The notes beneath the pieces were generated by a model. It saw only the letters and a program-made list of their open reading frames with translations. It was not told where the DNA came from and ran no database searches. Of a DNA stretch of 64,000 nucleotides, positions 1 through 9,239 are shown one piece after another (the stretch's first letter is position 1; every line of letters starts with the position of its first letter). The position numbers and the translations under genes were made by a program. The stretch lies in NCBI RefSeq assembly GCF_000372725.1, contig NW_005201123.1, forward strand, positions 248,001 through 312,000. The letters are read 5' to 3'. Source of the stretch: Emiliania huxleyi CCMP1516 (taxonomy: Eukaryota).

Positions 1-276
1 CGGACGAGGTGAACTTGACCCACAGCCCGCCGCGCGCCCGTGCCTCCGCCGCATTGCGCGCCGCCGTCTTGGCCTTGAGGATGGCGGGCGTGTCGGTGGG
101 GTTGGAGTCGGGGAAGGTGTCCTCGACCTGGTCGGTGCCGACGCCAGCGACAAAGCCGCCGACGATGCCGTCCGGGTCGAACGTGCGGGTGACAGAGTCG
201 GCCAGCGCCGCCCGCACCTCCTCGTGGTCGGCCGCGGTGGAGTCCGACTTCTTGGCGAAGGGGTCGTGCGGAAGGG
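1..276 (-). mobile_element. Internal gag-region fragment of a second copy of the Copia family, running off the window edge
   Basis: Aligns to about 4741-5013 of the intact element with a few substitutions and an in-frame 3-nt insertion (cttg-gcg-aag). Ends exactly where an LTR terminus starts (277). Confidence 0.92.
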
Positions 277-354
277 TGTGAAGGTCTTCAGTGACCACTC
301 ACAAGCTGTTCCAAGGCCCGACAGAAATGTACTGTCAAAACTTTGTTCAAACAA
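277..354 (-). repeat. 78-bp partial LTR
   Basis: Identical to the first 78 nt (plus strand) of LTR 355-639 and directly abutting it. Confidence 0.92.
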
Positions 355-639
355 TGTGAAGGTCTTCAGTGACCACTCACAAGCTGTTCCAAGGCCCGAC
401 AGAAATGTACTGTCAAAACTTTGTTCAAACAAAAGTCCTGGCCCGCGGCCCCCACACCCACAATGACTATCAATCCAGGCTGCGGGTGAAGGGCAAAACC
501 GCGCCGCTGCAGAACGGTTTTTGCAAAACCGCGCCGCAGCGGTACGAAACTGCGCAGATGCAGTCCAGGGGTGGTAAGGACACTATGTGTGTGTGTGTGG
601 CCGTAGACTAGACGGCTGCGCGGTCGTCGGTCTTCAACA
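355..639 (-). repeat. 3' LTR
   Basis: Minus strand reads TGTTGAAGAC...CCTTCACA and is preceded by the purine tract. Confidence 0.95.
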
Positions 640-654
640 GCCCCCCATCCTCGC
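640..654 (-). promoter_or_regulatory. Polypurine tract (PPT)
   Basis: Minus strand GCGAGGATGGGGGGC lies immediately before the 3' LTR. Confidence 0.85.
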
Positions 655-850
655 ATCGGGTAGCGAGGCTGAGGATCTGAAGAAGCTAGACGACTCCTAC
701 ATCTCCTACTATCGCGCGCACAATTGCGCAGCCTCCTCAAGGGTGGAGGACAAACATACAAGTGACTCGGGGAGCTCCAGGAGCGCCCATACTGCCGGTT
801 GTCGACTACATTTGATGAAGGGGAAGTCGGCGTTTCCCCTCTGTGCCGTC

Positions 851-3800
851 CTAGGCGGTGTCGTTCATGATCTCCTTGCGGAACGACTCGAACTCCTTGC
901 GCGGGAGCGGCTTGGTGAAGAAGTCGGCGAAGTTCTTGAGGCTCTCGACGTACTCGACCTTGACCTCCCCGGACTCGACGAGCTCGCGAATCTTGAGCTC
1001 CTTGCGCAGGATGTGCTTCGTCTTGTCGTGCATGACCGGGTCCTCGGCGACGCGCAGCGCGGCCGTGTTGTCGATCTTGATGACGGTCGGGCCCTTGGGC
1101 TTGTAGCCGAGCGACGCGAGGAGCGAGCGCAGGTGGACCGCCTCGCAAGCCGCCAGCGTGCCGGCAGAGATCTCGGCCTCGAATGTCGAGAGGGAGATGT
1201 GACCCTGCTTCTTGGAGAAGTACGAGATGATCGCGGTGCCGATCTTGAAGGCGCAGCCGGAGGTGCTCTGGCGGGTGCACCAGTTCGCGTCGGAGCAGCC
1301 GAAGAGCTTGGGGTCGGCAACGCGCTCGTAGTGGAGGCCGAGGTCCTGCGTGCCGATGAGGTAGATGAGGCAGCGCTCGGCGGCGGCCTCGATGTTCGCG
1401 TCGGGCCAAGCCATGCAGCGCGCCAGCTGCGAGACGGTGTACTGGATGTCGGGGCGCGCGTTGGTGGCGAACATGAGGCTGCCGATGAGGCACTGGCAGC
1501 GCTGGAGGAGCTGCGGGTCGGGCGCGGTCTTCTTCTCGGCTGCGCTGATGACGATGGACGGGAGGTCCTTGTCCGCGGGCACCTTGTAGCCCGCGTGCGT
1601 GACGCCTGAGGGGAAGAAGCGCGCGCGCAGCATGTCGATGTACTTGCTGGCAGACAGCTTGAAACCGGTCTGCGTCTTGGTGATGGTGAGCCCGAGGAAC
1701 TCGTGCACCTTTCCCTCGTGGACCTTGAGCGGCTTGCCGACGTGCTTGTTGAAGTGCTCGATGTACTCGTGCGCGAGCGCTTTGCCAGCGGTGGTCCCGG
1801 AGTGGAAGATGCCGAAGTCGTCCACGTAGATGACGACGATGAGTTTCGTGCTGTTGCGGGTGAGGATGAAGCAGCTCGGGTCCGCCTCGGACTGAACGAG
1901 CCCAGGAAACGCCTTGTTGATGGACTTGACGTGGTTCCACCAAGCGTTACCTGCGGATGGTGCGCCGTAGAGGTTGCCGACCTCGCACACCATGTCCTTC
2001 TCCTCGCCGGTGATGGGGTCGATGTAGCAGTACTCGGGCTTGCCCTTGAGCCCCTTCGGCATCTCGCAGTACCAGGTCTCGCCCTCCCCGCGCTCCGCCC
2101 AGGTGTACGCCATGGGCTGGTCGCACGTGATGAGTTCCATGTCCTCCTGCGCGGCCACGTTGAGCACGGTGCGGGTCGTGCCGTAGCGGACGACGCTCGC
2201 GAAGGTCTTGGTGAAGTCGACGCCGGGCCGCATCAGGTTGCCCATGACACAGCCGCGCCACTTGCACCGGCCGTCGGACTTCCGGGAGGCGATCTCCTTC
2301 AGCGGGAGGACGCGCACCTTGGCGGGGCGGCGCATGGGCTTGAGCGTGCCGTTCTGGATGAGGCCGAGGAACTCGGTGTCATACGCCTTGTACCACGCGT
2401 CGCGCAGCTTGGGGTCGCGGATGTTGGCGATGTCCTTGTAGTGCTTGGGCACGATGTTGTCCGGCATGGGCATGATCTGGCCGTCCACGCTCGACATGTA
2501 CGCGACGCACTGGTCCGTGGTGTTGCGGTAGACCGACGACGATGGGGATGCGGCCGCCGCAGCCGCCCAGATGCCGAAGGGCGTGGCATTGGCGGCGAGG
2601 CGGGCGTTGAGCATGTTGTTGTACTCGCCCGTCGAGACGCCGCCGCGGCTGCGAGTGGTGCGCGGCGCAGGCGCACCCGCTGCGGGCGGGTTGACGTTGC
2701 CGTCGTTGGCCGGGTCTGGCATGATCACCACCTCCTCGTCAAGGGTCAGCCCCCCGGCGTGGTTGTCGGTGGTGGGGAGGAAGACGGAGTCGCCGCGGGT
2801 CACGTTGTTGTCGAGCGTAGCCTTGTCCGACTCGTCGGGCGTCTCGTCCGCGGTCACAGGCTCCGGCCACGCGCCCTCGATGTCCGTCGGGGTGAGGTCG
2901 GAGGTAGGAGCACGGTACTCGATGCCGTTCCAGAGCTCGTTGACGCAGAATGTCGCCTGCGTGGTGGTGCCGATGTGCCCCTTGCGCGGACCCTCGGTGA
3001 TGACGTACTTCCAGCCGGGCGAAGTGCGCGAGATGCCGAGGAAGGCCGCCATCTCGCCCGTGGGTGAGACACCGTTCGCCACAAGGTGGGAGGGCGACTT
3101 GACGATCATCTTGCACGCCCACGGGTAGAACATGTTCATCTTGGGGCGCTGCCCGGTCTTGAGCTCGTACGCTGACTTGCCGGTGTCGCGCACGGCGAAG
3201 GTGGCGTTGGCGATGGTGGCCGCGTACACCCAGGCGTAGCCCCAGTACTGGTAGAGCTGGGCGGCGCCATGCCCCCCTGCGCGTGCCATCATCTCCCGCA
3301 CGATCCTGCCGCAGGTAGCGTTCGCACGCTCGCACGCCCCATTCTGCCACGGCTCGTAGGGGCAGCTGTTGCGGAGGGTGATGCCGTACTTGAGGCAGAG
3401 CTCGCGCACGGCGCTGGAGTTGAGGACGACCTCGTTGTCGCAGAACGCAACTCCTCCGCGGAACGTGTGGCCGTCCTTTCCCTCGTTCTCGGCGAAGTAC
3501 TTGCGCAGGTAGGCAGGCGTCTGGCCCTTGGTCTGCAGGATGTACGGCGTGATGGTGCTGGTGTGCTCGTCGACGACCATGAGTGCGTAGCAGTGCCCAT
3601 CGACGCCTACCACACCCTTGGGCGACCAGAGGTCGTAGTGCGACGAGCCCCCGAAGCGAGTGGCCAGTGGCCGGCCGGTGCTGCGCCGCGCGTGGTACTT
3701 GGCGTTCGCCTGCAGCGCGGCGTCGTCGAGGCCCTCGTTGCGGTCCATCTTGGAGAGGTCTGGCACGCCGTCCGCGATCTTGCTGAGGTCCTTTAGCGCG

Positions 3801-6115
3801 TCGCCGGAGATGCACAGGGCGTGCCGCCAGAAGGTGCCATCCGTCGGGCGCCGCCCCGGCTTGCCGCGCACGATGGCCTTGGCGGCGTTGGCGCCGACGG
3901 ATGCGCCGAGCGGCATCAGGTGGATGTTGAAGTCCTCCCCGAAGTAGATGGTCTGCCCGGAGGGGTAGTTGAGGCGTGGTGGGCAGAGGTCGAAGCGGAC
4001 CACGATGTTCTGCGCCTTGCACTCCTTGACGCTGACGAGAGGCATGGCGAGTCCGGGCGCGTACAGCGCGTTCACCCACTCGGTGTTCACAACCTTGGTG
4101 TCCTGCGGCTTGGTAGGGTCAGCCAGCGCGAAGGCGTACGCGGTGCCGACGCCCTTCGCCTTGAGGTAGTCGTTGTTTGCGCAGCGGATGTAGATGGGCT
4201 TCTCGGGCTCGCGCCACCCGCGAGGGAAGTAGTCGGGCGTCGGGAACATGTTCATGCCCGCCTTGGAGTCGACGCCAGCGGCATACGATCCCGGCATGTT
4301 CACACCGGCGGTCGTGTCGTACGCGTCGACGACCTTGACATGCCCGACAAGCGCGTGTGCCTGCATCGCGTCCATGCGCGCCACGTACATGGCGAGCATG
4401 ATGCACGTGTACGAGAGGACGAGCGGGACCGTCTTGGGCACGTCGATGTTATTCACCGCGCGGAACATGTCGCCCGCGACCTTGCGGTAGATCGGCTGGA
4501 GCGGGTCCTCCTCGATGGCGTACTCTGCTCCGCCACCTGAGCCAGTCGCCGGCCCGGTGGACAGCTCGAGGGGTAGTGCGGTGACGGACTCGACCATCAC
4601 GCCCATGTTCGAGGGCTCGTCCACGGCGTCGGCCACAGGCGTGCCGATCGAGGCAGGCGAGCCCATGTAGACCGGGATGAGGCACGCGAGCAGGACGAGT
4701 AGGATGGAAGCGCCGATGTACGGGCGAGGCAGCGCGGTGACGAACGAGGTGAACTTGACCCACAGCCCGCCGCGCGCCCGTGCCTCCGCCGCATTGCGCG
4801 CCGCCGTCTTGGCCTTGAGGATGGCGAGCGTGTCGGTGGGGTTGGAGTCGGGGAAGGTGTCCTCGACCTGGTCGGTGCCGACGCCAGCGACAAAGCCGCC
4901 GACGATGCCGTCCGGGTCGAACGTGCGGGTGACAGAGTCGGCCAGCGCCGCCCGCACCTCCTCGTGGTCGGTCGCGGTGGAGTCCGACTTCTTGAAGGGG
5001 TCGTGCGGGAGGGTGCGGCCGGGGGACTTGGCGCACACCTTCTTGTACGAGGACTGGGCCATGCGCACCTTCGCCTCGTGGTCGATGCGGTCGGGGAGTT
5101 CCTCGAGCACCTTGGCGACAGGGACCCCCTTGCAGATGAGGTCGCCGATGCACTTGCCACCGTGCAACCCATTGCAGTGGGGGCACGGCTTGCGCCCAGC
5201 GGCTGCGCGGCCGCCGCGGTCCCCGCCGCCCTTGTCGGACTTGATCTGCGCCTGGAGAGCGGCGACCTGGGACTCGGCGGCCGCGAGCTTCTCCTTGAGC
5301 ACGCCTTGCGAGGCAATCTCCGCCTCGAACGCCGCCTGCGCAGCCGCCTTGGCCTCGTTGGCGCGGTCCGCGTTGTCTTGGTCGAGGATGCCCTGCATCG
5401 CGAGCGTGGACGCCTTGAGGCCGTACGTCTTGCCCGATTGCGCGGCGAGTTGGCGCTGCATGCCGATCTGCACGCGCATGTTTGCGCCGAGCGTGGCCCC
5501 CTTGGCGGCGATCGCGTCGAGGATGTATTCCTCGATCACCTCGTCGGGGAGGTGCCACTGGGAGCCCTTGAGGAACTTGTTCGCCTGCTCGATGCCCGTC
5601 TTGAACTTGGCGAGGCTCGCGGACGTGAGGTCCTTGAGAGCGTCGGGGGAGTACGCCTTCTCGAGATCCGCGCGCAGCGCCTTCGTGCGCACGTTCTTGG
5701 AGTTCGTGTCCTCCGACTCGATGAGCGACTTGATCGCCGCGATGCCCTTCTTGATGTCGTCGTAGTGGTCGGCGTCCTCGTCCGCCAACATCTCGGCGAG
5801 CGTGTCGTCGTCCTTGACGGCGTTCTGCAGCGCACCGTAGAGTTGGCGCGACAGAGTCACCGCCAGGTCCCCGAAGTACTTGTCGATGATGGCCGGGATG
5901 AGGCCGTCCGCAGTGCCGATGTTCTTGTAGCGCACGTGCAGCGCGACCGCCTCGGCCTCGCGCTCCGCGCCCGGCCGGATGGTGCCCACCTCGATGATGT
6001 CGAGGAGGTACTTGTGTTGCTTCGCCGCGGTCCGCAGGTTGCGGAACCACTCGTTGAACTCCCGCTCGGAGCTCTGTTTGTAGGCCGGAATCACCAGCTT
6101 GTCCGTCGACGACAT
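851..6115 (-). CDS. Copia Gag-Pol polyprotein (~1754 aa from the ATG of MSSTDK)
   Basis: Uninterrupted ORF. Gag knuckle CPHCNGLHGGKC; protease VDSKAG; integrase D-D-E (HYDLW, FCDNE, NGACER); RT YVDD; RNase H SDANW/FEAE/IDNTAA/ADFFTK. Integrase precedes RT, the Copia order. Confidence 0.97.
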   Translation of the reverse strand: MSSTDKLVIPAYKQSSEREFNEWFRNLRTAAKQHKYLLDIIEVGTIRPGAEREAEAVALHVRYKNIGTADGLIPAIIDKYFGDLAVTLSRQLYGALQNAVKDDDTLAEMLADEDADHYDDIKKGIAAIKSLIESEDTNSKNVRTKALRADLEKAYSPDALKDLTSASLAKFKTGIEQANKFLKGSQWHLPDEVIEEYILDAIAAKGATLGANMRVQIGMQRQLAAQSGKTYGLKASTLAMQGILDQDNADRANEAKAAAQAAFEAEIASQGVLKEKLAAAESQVAALQAQIKSDKGGGDRGGRAAAGRKPCPHCNGLHGGKCIGDLICKGVPVAKVLEELPDRIDHEAKVRMAQSSYKKVCAKSPGRTLPHDPFKKSDSTATDHEEVRAALADSVTRTFDPDGIVGGFVAGVGTDQVEDTFPDSNPTDTLAILKAKTAARNAAEARARGGLWVKFTSFVTALPRPYIGASILLVLLACLIPVYMGSPASIGTPVADAVDEPSNMGVMVESVTALPLELSTGPATGSGGGAEYAIEEDPLQPIYRKVAGDMFRAVNNIDVPKTVPLVLSYTCIMLAMYVARMDAMQAHALVGHVKVVDAYDTTAGVNMPGSYAAGVDSKAGMNMFPTPDYFPRGWREPEKPIYIRCANNDYLKAKGVGTAYAFALADPTKPQDTKVVNTEWVNALYAPGLAMPLVSVKECKAQNIVVRFDLCPPRLNYPSGQTIYFGEDFNIHLMPLGASVGANAAKAIVRGKPGRRPTDGTFWRHALCISGDALKDLSKIADGVPDLSKMDRNEGLDDAALQANAKYHARRSTGRPLATRFGGSSHYDLWSPKGVVGVDGHCYALMVVDEHTSTITPYILQTKGQTPAYLRKYFAENEGKDGHTFRGGVAFCDNEVVLNSSAVRELCLKYGITLRNSCPYEPWQNGACERANATCGRIVREMMARAGGHGAAQLYQYWGYAWVYAATIANATFAVRDTGKSAYELKTGQRPKMNMFYPWACKMIVKSPSHLVANGVSPTGEMAAFLGISRTSPGWKYVITEGPRKGHIGTTTQATFCVNELWNGIEYRAPTSDLTPTDIEGAWPEPVTADETPDESDKATLDNNVTRGDSVFLPTTDNHAGGLTLDEEVVIMPDPANDGNVNPPAAGAPAPRTTRSRGGVSTGEYNNMLNARLAANATPFGIWAAAAAASPSSSVYRNTTDQCVAYMSSVDGQIMPMPDNIVPKHYKDIANIRDPKLRDAWYKAYDTEFLGLIQNGTLKPMRRPAKVRVLPLKEIASRKSDGRCKWRGCVMGNLMRPGVDFTKTFASVVRYGTTRTVLNVAAQEDMELITCDQPMAYTWAERGEGETWYCEMPKGLKGKPEYCYIDPITGEEKDMVCEVGNLYGAPSAGNAWWNHVKSINKAFPGLVQSEADPSCFILTRNSTKLIVVIYVDDFGIFHSGTTAGKALAHEYIEHFNKHVGKPLKVHEGKVHEFLGLTITKTQTGFKLSASKYIDMLRARFFPSGVTHAGYKVPADKDLPSIVISAAEKKTAPDPQLLQRCQCLIGSLMFATNARPDIQYTVSQLARCMAWPDANIEAAAERCLIYLIGTQDLGLHYERVADPKLFGCSDANWCTRQSTSGCAFKIGTAIISYFSKKQGHISLSTFEAEISAGTLAACEAVHLRSLLASLGYKPKGPTVIKIDNTAALRVAEDPVMHDKTKHILRKELKIRELVESGEVKVEYVESLKNFADFFTKPLPRKEFESFRKEIMNDTA

Positions 6116-6140
6116 GTTGTCGTAATGTCCCGGGGATCGT

Positions 6141-6156
6141 TGCCCCGCCGCCACCA
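6141..6156 (-). promoter_or_regulatory. Primer-binding site
   Basis: TGGTGGCGGCGGGGCA starts 2 nt inside the 5' LTR and is complementary to a ...CCA tRNA end. Confidence 0.8.
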
Positions 6157-6158
6157 AC

Positions 6159-6443
6159 TGTGAAGGTCTTCAGTGACCACTCACAAGCTGTTCCAAGGCC
6201 CGACAGAAATGTACTGTCAAAACTTTGTTCAAACAAAAGTCCTGGCCCGCGGCCCCCACACCCACAATGACTATCAATCCGGGCTGCGGGTGAAGGGCAA
6301 AACCGCGCCGCTGCAGAACGGTTTTTGCAAAACCGCGCCGCAGCGGTACGAAACTGCGCAGATGCAGTCCAGGGGTGGTAAGGACACTATGTGTGTGTGT
6401 GTGGCCGTAGACTAGACGGCTGCGCGGTCGTCGGTCTTCAACA
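6159..6443 (-). repeat. 5' LTR
   Basis: 284/285 identical to 355-639. Confidence 0.95.
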
Positions 6444-6600
6444 CGTTCACCCACTCGGTGTTCACAACCTTGGTGTCCTGCGGCTTGGTCGGGTCAGCCA
6501 GCGCGAAGGCGTACGCGGTGCCGACGCCCTTCGCCTTGAGGTAGTCGTTGTTTGCGCAGCGGATGTAGATGGGCTTCTCGGGCTCGCGCCACCCGTGAGG
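6444..6600 (-). mobile_element. Internal protease-region fragment of another copy of the same Copia family
   Basis: Matches 4069-4225 with two substitutions and is joined flush to the LTR terminus. Confidence 0.92.
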
Positions 6601-6612
6601 CGCTGTGACGGA

Positions 6613-8671
6613 CCTGGGGTGTCGACGGGCCCCTGGGGGCGACGGGGGTGCTCTTGGGGGGGGTCCCCCCACCAATCAAGGGGGTCTGGGGCGCAGCCCC
6701 AGGAGGCCCGCCGCAGGCGCCGATTTTTTGGGGCTTTTTTGACTGATTTTCATGAGGTGTTGCTACTATTTGGGGACCAAGTTGAAGCCTAAAAATGGCT
6801 ACAAATACAGCCACAACAGCTGCTAGTCGTGAGCTGCTACTGTGTGGCAGAGCCCAGAGAGGGCTTTCAGGAGCACTATTCAGTATGATCCAGCTCAACG
6901 TTGCGGAGTAGTAACACTGTTCCGTTACCGTGAGCGGCCGGCGGCCGGCGGCGGCCGGTGCGGCACGCGGAGCACTCCGTGAGCGGTGACGGGTGCGGAC
7001 GAGCAAATGAGAGGTTCCTTTCAGTGAGAGATAGGCAGTCCTAGTCTCTAATAACACATCTCCCACAGATAGCGACCTCTCATTCGCTCGTCCGCGCCCA
7101 TCACTGCTAGTCGGGGCACTCCCGGCGTGCGGCCCGGTCCCGGTCGTCACTCCGGTTGCTCGTGTTCACACCGTCAGAACTCAGCTCCGCTAAGGATCCA
7201 GCGCCTGAGACTTGGGCATCATACACAACTTTTGTAGTAGAGCACAATGGCACCCTTGGATCAAGCCGGGTGCACCCGGACCCACCCGGAGGGGCCCGGG
7301 AAGGGTCTAGCGGCCCTCCAGCGGCCCCCAACGCCCCCCCGCGGCCCTGTTTTGGTAGTGTATCACACATATGTTGTGTCACTATCATACCCACGACCCA
7401 GGGTACCCGAGCGCTCCCGAGCAGCTATAAGGTCGAGCCGCTGGAATGCCTCCTCCAGTGGCACCCAGTCGCGCTCGAGGTACGGGAGGAGCATATCATA
7501 CAGTTTCACTGCCCGAGCCTGCAGCTTGGCACACTCGTGGCACTTGTCCTCGTGGGCGAGCTGAATCCCGTAAACGTTCCGCATATCATCGAATTGCGCC
7601 TCGTTCAGGCCGGCGTCGATCATCCGACGGGTCACCCGACGTTCGAAGACGCTTTCCCGATCGCTGTCCGAAGACGCGTCGTCGGGACGGGAGTCGCTGG
7701 CCGGCAGGTCCTCGACCGCCGGCTCCTCCTCGACCGCGGGCTCCTCTGGCGTGGGCACGTCCTGCAACGTTTCTGGAACGACAGCGAGAAGCGCCTCCGC
7801 GCCCGCCTGCCGCCGCTTGCACTTGCCCAACTCCTTGTCCACGCCGCTCGCGTGCGTCTCGAGCCGCTTGCCGTACACGACCGCCTGCTCGAGTCGCGCG
7901 CCCGCCAGCTCGCCGCGTAGGTCCCACACAAGGTACGCCAGCGCAGCCTTCTTCAGGTTCTTTATCTGGAGAGCCATCAGCGCGCCGCGCCGCTGCGACG
8001 AAAAGAGCGTGTTTACGGCAGCTTTCGCGGCGATGATGATGCCGTTGGTGACCTCGCCGACGATGCTGACCTCGTTGGAGGGTGCGGGGACGGGTTGGTT
8101 GCCGAGGAGCATGGTCTCGAGGCGATTTAAGAGCGCGGTGGGCTCCAAGGCGAGCTGCGCCGAACTGGAGCGAGTCGGCCGCGCCCGAATTGCTGGCACC
8201 GCATCGGCGCCGGTCGAGTCCGACACGACCGCGGTCTTCTCCACCGGCTCGAGGTTCGCCATCCGCGGCGCTGCACCGCGGATTCGAACGGCTGCTCGCT
8301 CCTGCTCGGCGGCTGGCCTGTCAGCACGGCGCTTCGAGAGGGCGGTCGCCGTCGGTGCACGTTGACTATCATGGCGAGCGAGCAGCCCCGCAGTGAGTGG
8401 ATGCAGCCCACCGGAGGTACTGTCTGAGGTGGGGCCCGGCGCGTGAGGCTCGTCGGCGTCCGCCATCACCGCCTGCGGCCACTGCAGAGTCGGCCAAACC
8501 AGGCTTGATTTTGGCCATTTTGGCACGGACCCTTGCGGACTCTTCACAGCTGGGTCCCGGTGCACCCGGAGTGGATCACTTCATTACTGGACCGTACTGG
8601 AGGTCCCCGTTTTCGGCCGCCGCGGCCGGAGAGCACCCCCGTCGCCCCCGGGGGCCCGTCGACACCCCAGG
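6613..8671. mobile_element. Non-autonomous TIR DNA transposon (2059 bp) carrying an ORF
   Basis: 41-bp TIRs (CCTGGGGTGTCGACGGGCCCC...GGTGCTC; 6613-6653 and 8631-8671, one mismatch) and a perfect 8-bp TSD GTGACGGA (6605-6612, 8672-8679). Confidence 0.9.
7363..8565 (-). CDS. Hypothetical protein inside the TIR element; probable start MADADEP at 8466
   Basis: Intronless ORF of about 370-400 aa with protein-like composition, helical segments, an acidic repeat (EEPAVEEEPAVE) and one CxxC. No DDE motif recognised. Confidence 0.55.
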   Translation of the reverse strand: MHRDPAVKSPQGSVPKWPKSSLVWPTLQWPQAVMADADEPHAPGPTSDSTSGGLHPLTAGLLARHDSQRAPTATALSKRRADRPAAEQERAAVRIRGAAPRMANLEPVEKTAVVSDSTGADAVPAIRARPTRSSSAQLALEPTALLNRLETMLLGNQPVPAPSNEVSIVGEVTNGIIIAAKAAVNTLFSSQRRGALMALQIKNLKKAALAYLVWDLRGELAGARLEQAVVYGKRLETHASGVDKELGKCKRRQAGAEALLAVVPETLQDVPTPEEPAVEEEPAVEDLPASDSRPDDASSDSDRESVFERRVTRRMIDAGLNEAQFDDMRNVYGIQLAHEDKCHECAKLQARAVKLYDMLLPYLERDWVPLEEAFQRLDLIAARERSGTLGRGYDSDTTYV

Positions 8672-9239
8672 GTGACGGACCGCGAAGTGGCGGTCGGGGG
8701 GGGTGGACATGCTCCCATGTTGCCGACGCGGCGCCGGAGTGGCCGGCGCTGCTAGCCGCGACCACGACGGCTACTCCGATGCGCCGGGCCGACCCGTCCT
8801 ACCGACGGTGGCACTCTTCCACGTCTTTCTCACGCGGAGAAAAATTCTGAAACGGCGTGCAGCAGAGTCGCCGACGAGTCGGTGCGCGTCCGTGCCTCCT
8901 CATGTCGCGCTTCGTTCTCACCCATCCATAAACTCACTTTGGCCTCACTAGATATAAAGCGAAGGCTGAATCCTTAATCCTCATATTTTAGATTAGGACG
9001 CTGTGGGCCCTCTAATAGAGCCTCTAAATAGCAGATCCGATCCGAGTACCGAGACGCGGGCTCTCTCATAGCAGCCCATAACATGTTATGGGCTGCTATG
9101 CCCCGAGAGCCATAACACCATAACAATAACTGTGAGAGTGCGTGTGCGAGGGCCAAGACGCATTAGCGCGGGCGCGGGCGGGGCGCGGAGGACCTTAGTC
9201 CTTACTTTTTGATTTTGTATTTTGAGCACAACACGAGAC

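Larger units (their letters stand above)
355..6443 (-). mobile_element. Full-length Ty1/Copia LTR retrotransposon
   Basis: Two 285-bp TG...CA LTRs (355-639, 6159-6443) differing at one base (caatccAggc vs caatccGggc), a PBS, a PPT and a single gag-PR-IN-RT-RH ORF. Confidence 0.97.

Noticed and set aside
6131..6156. tRNA gene
   Set aside because: Only a 3'-end-like stretch, explained by the PBS; no D or anticodon arms.
587..6163. Long plus-strand and alternative-frame ORFs over the Copia element
   Set aside because: They are shadows of a GC3-rich coding sequence with no independent motifs.
7363..8565. Fanzor/TnpB or transposase identity for the cargo ORF
   Set aside because: No RuvC D-E-D motifs, only one CxxC and no DDE signature.
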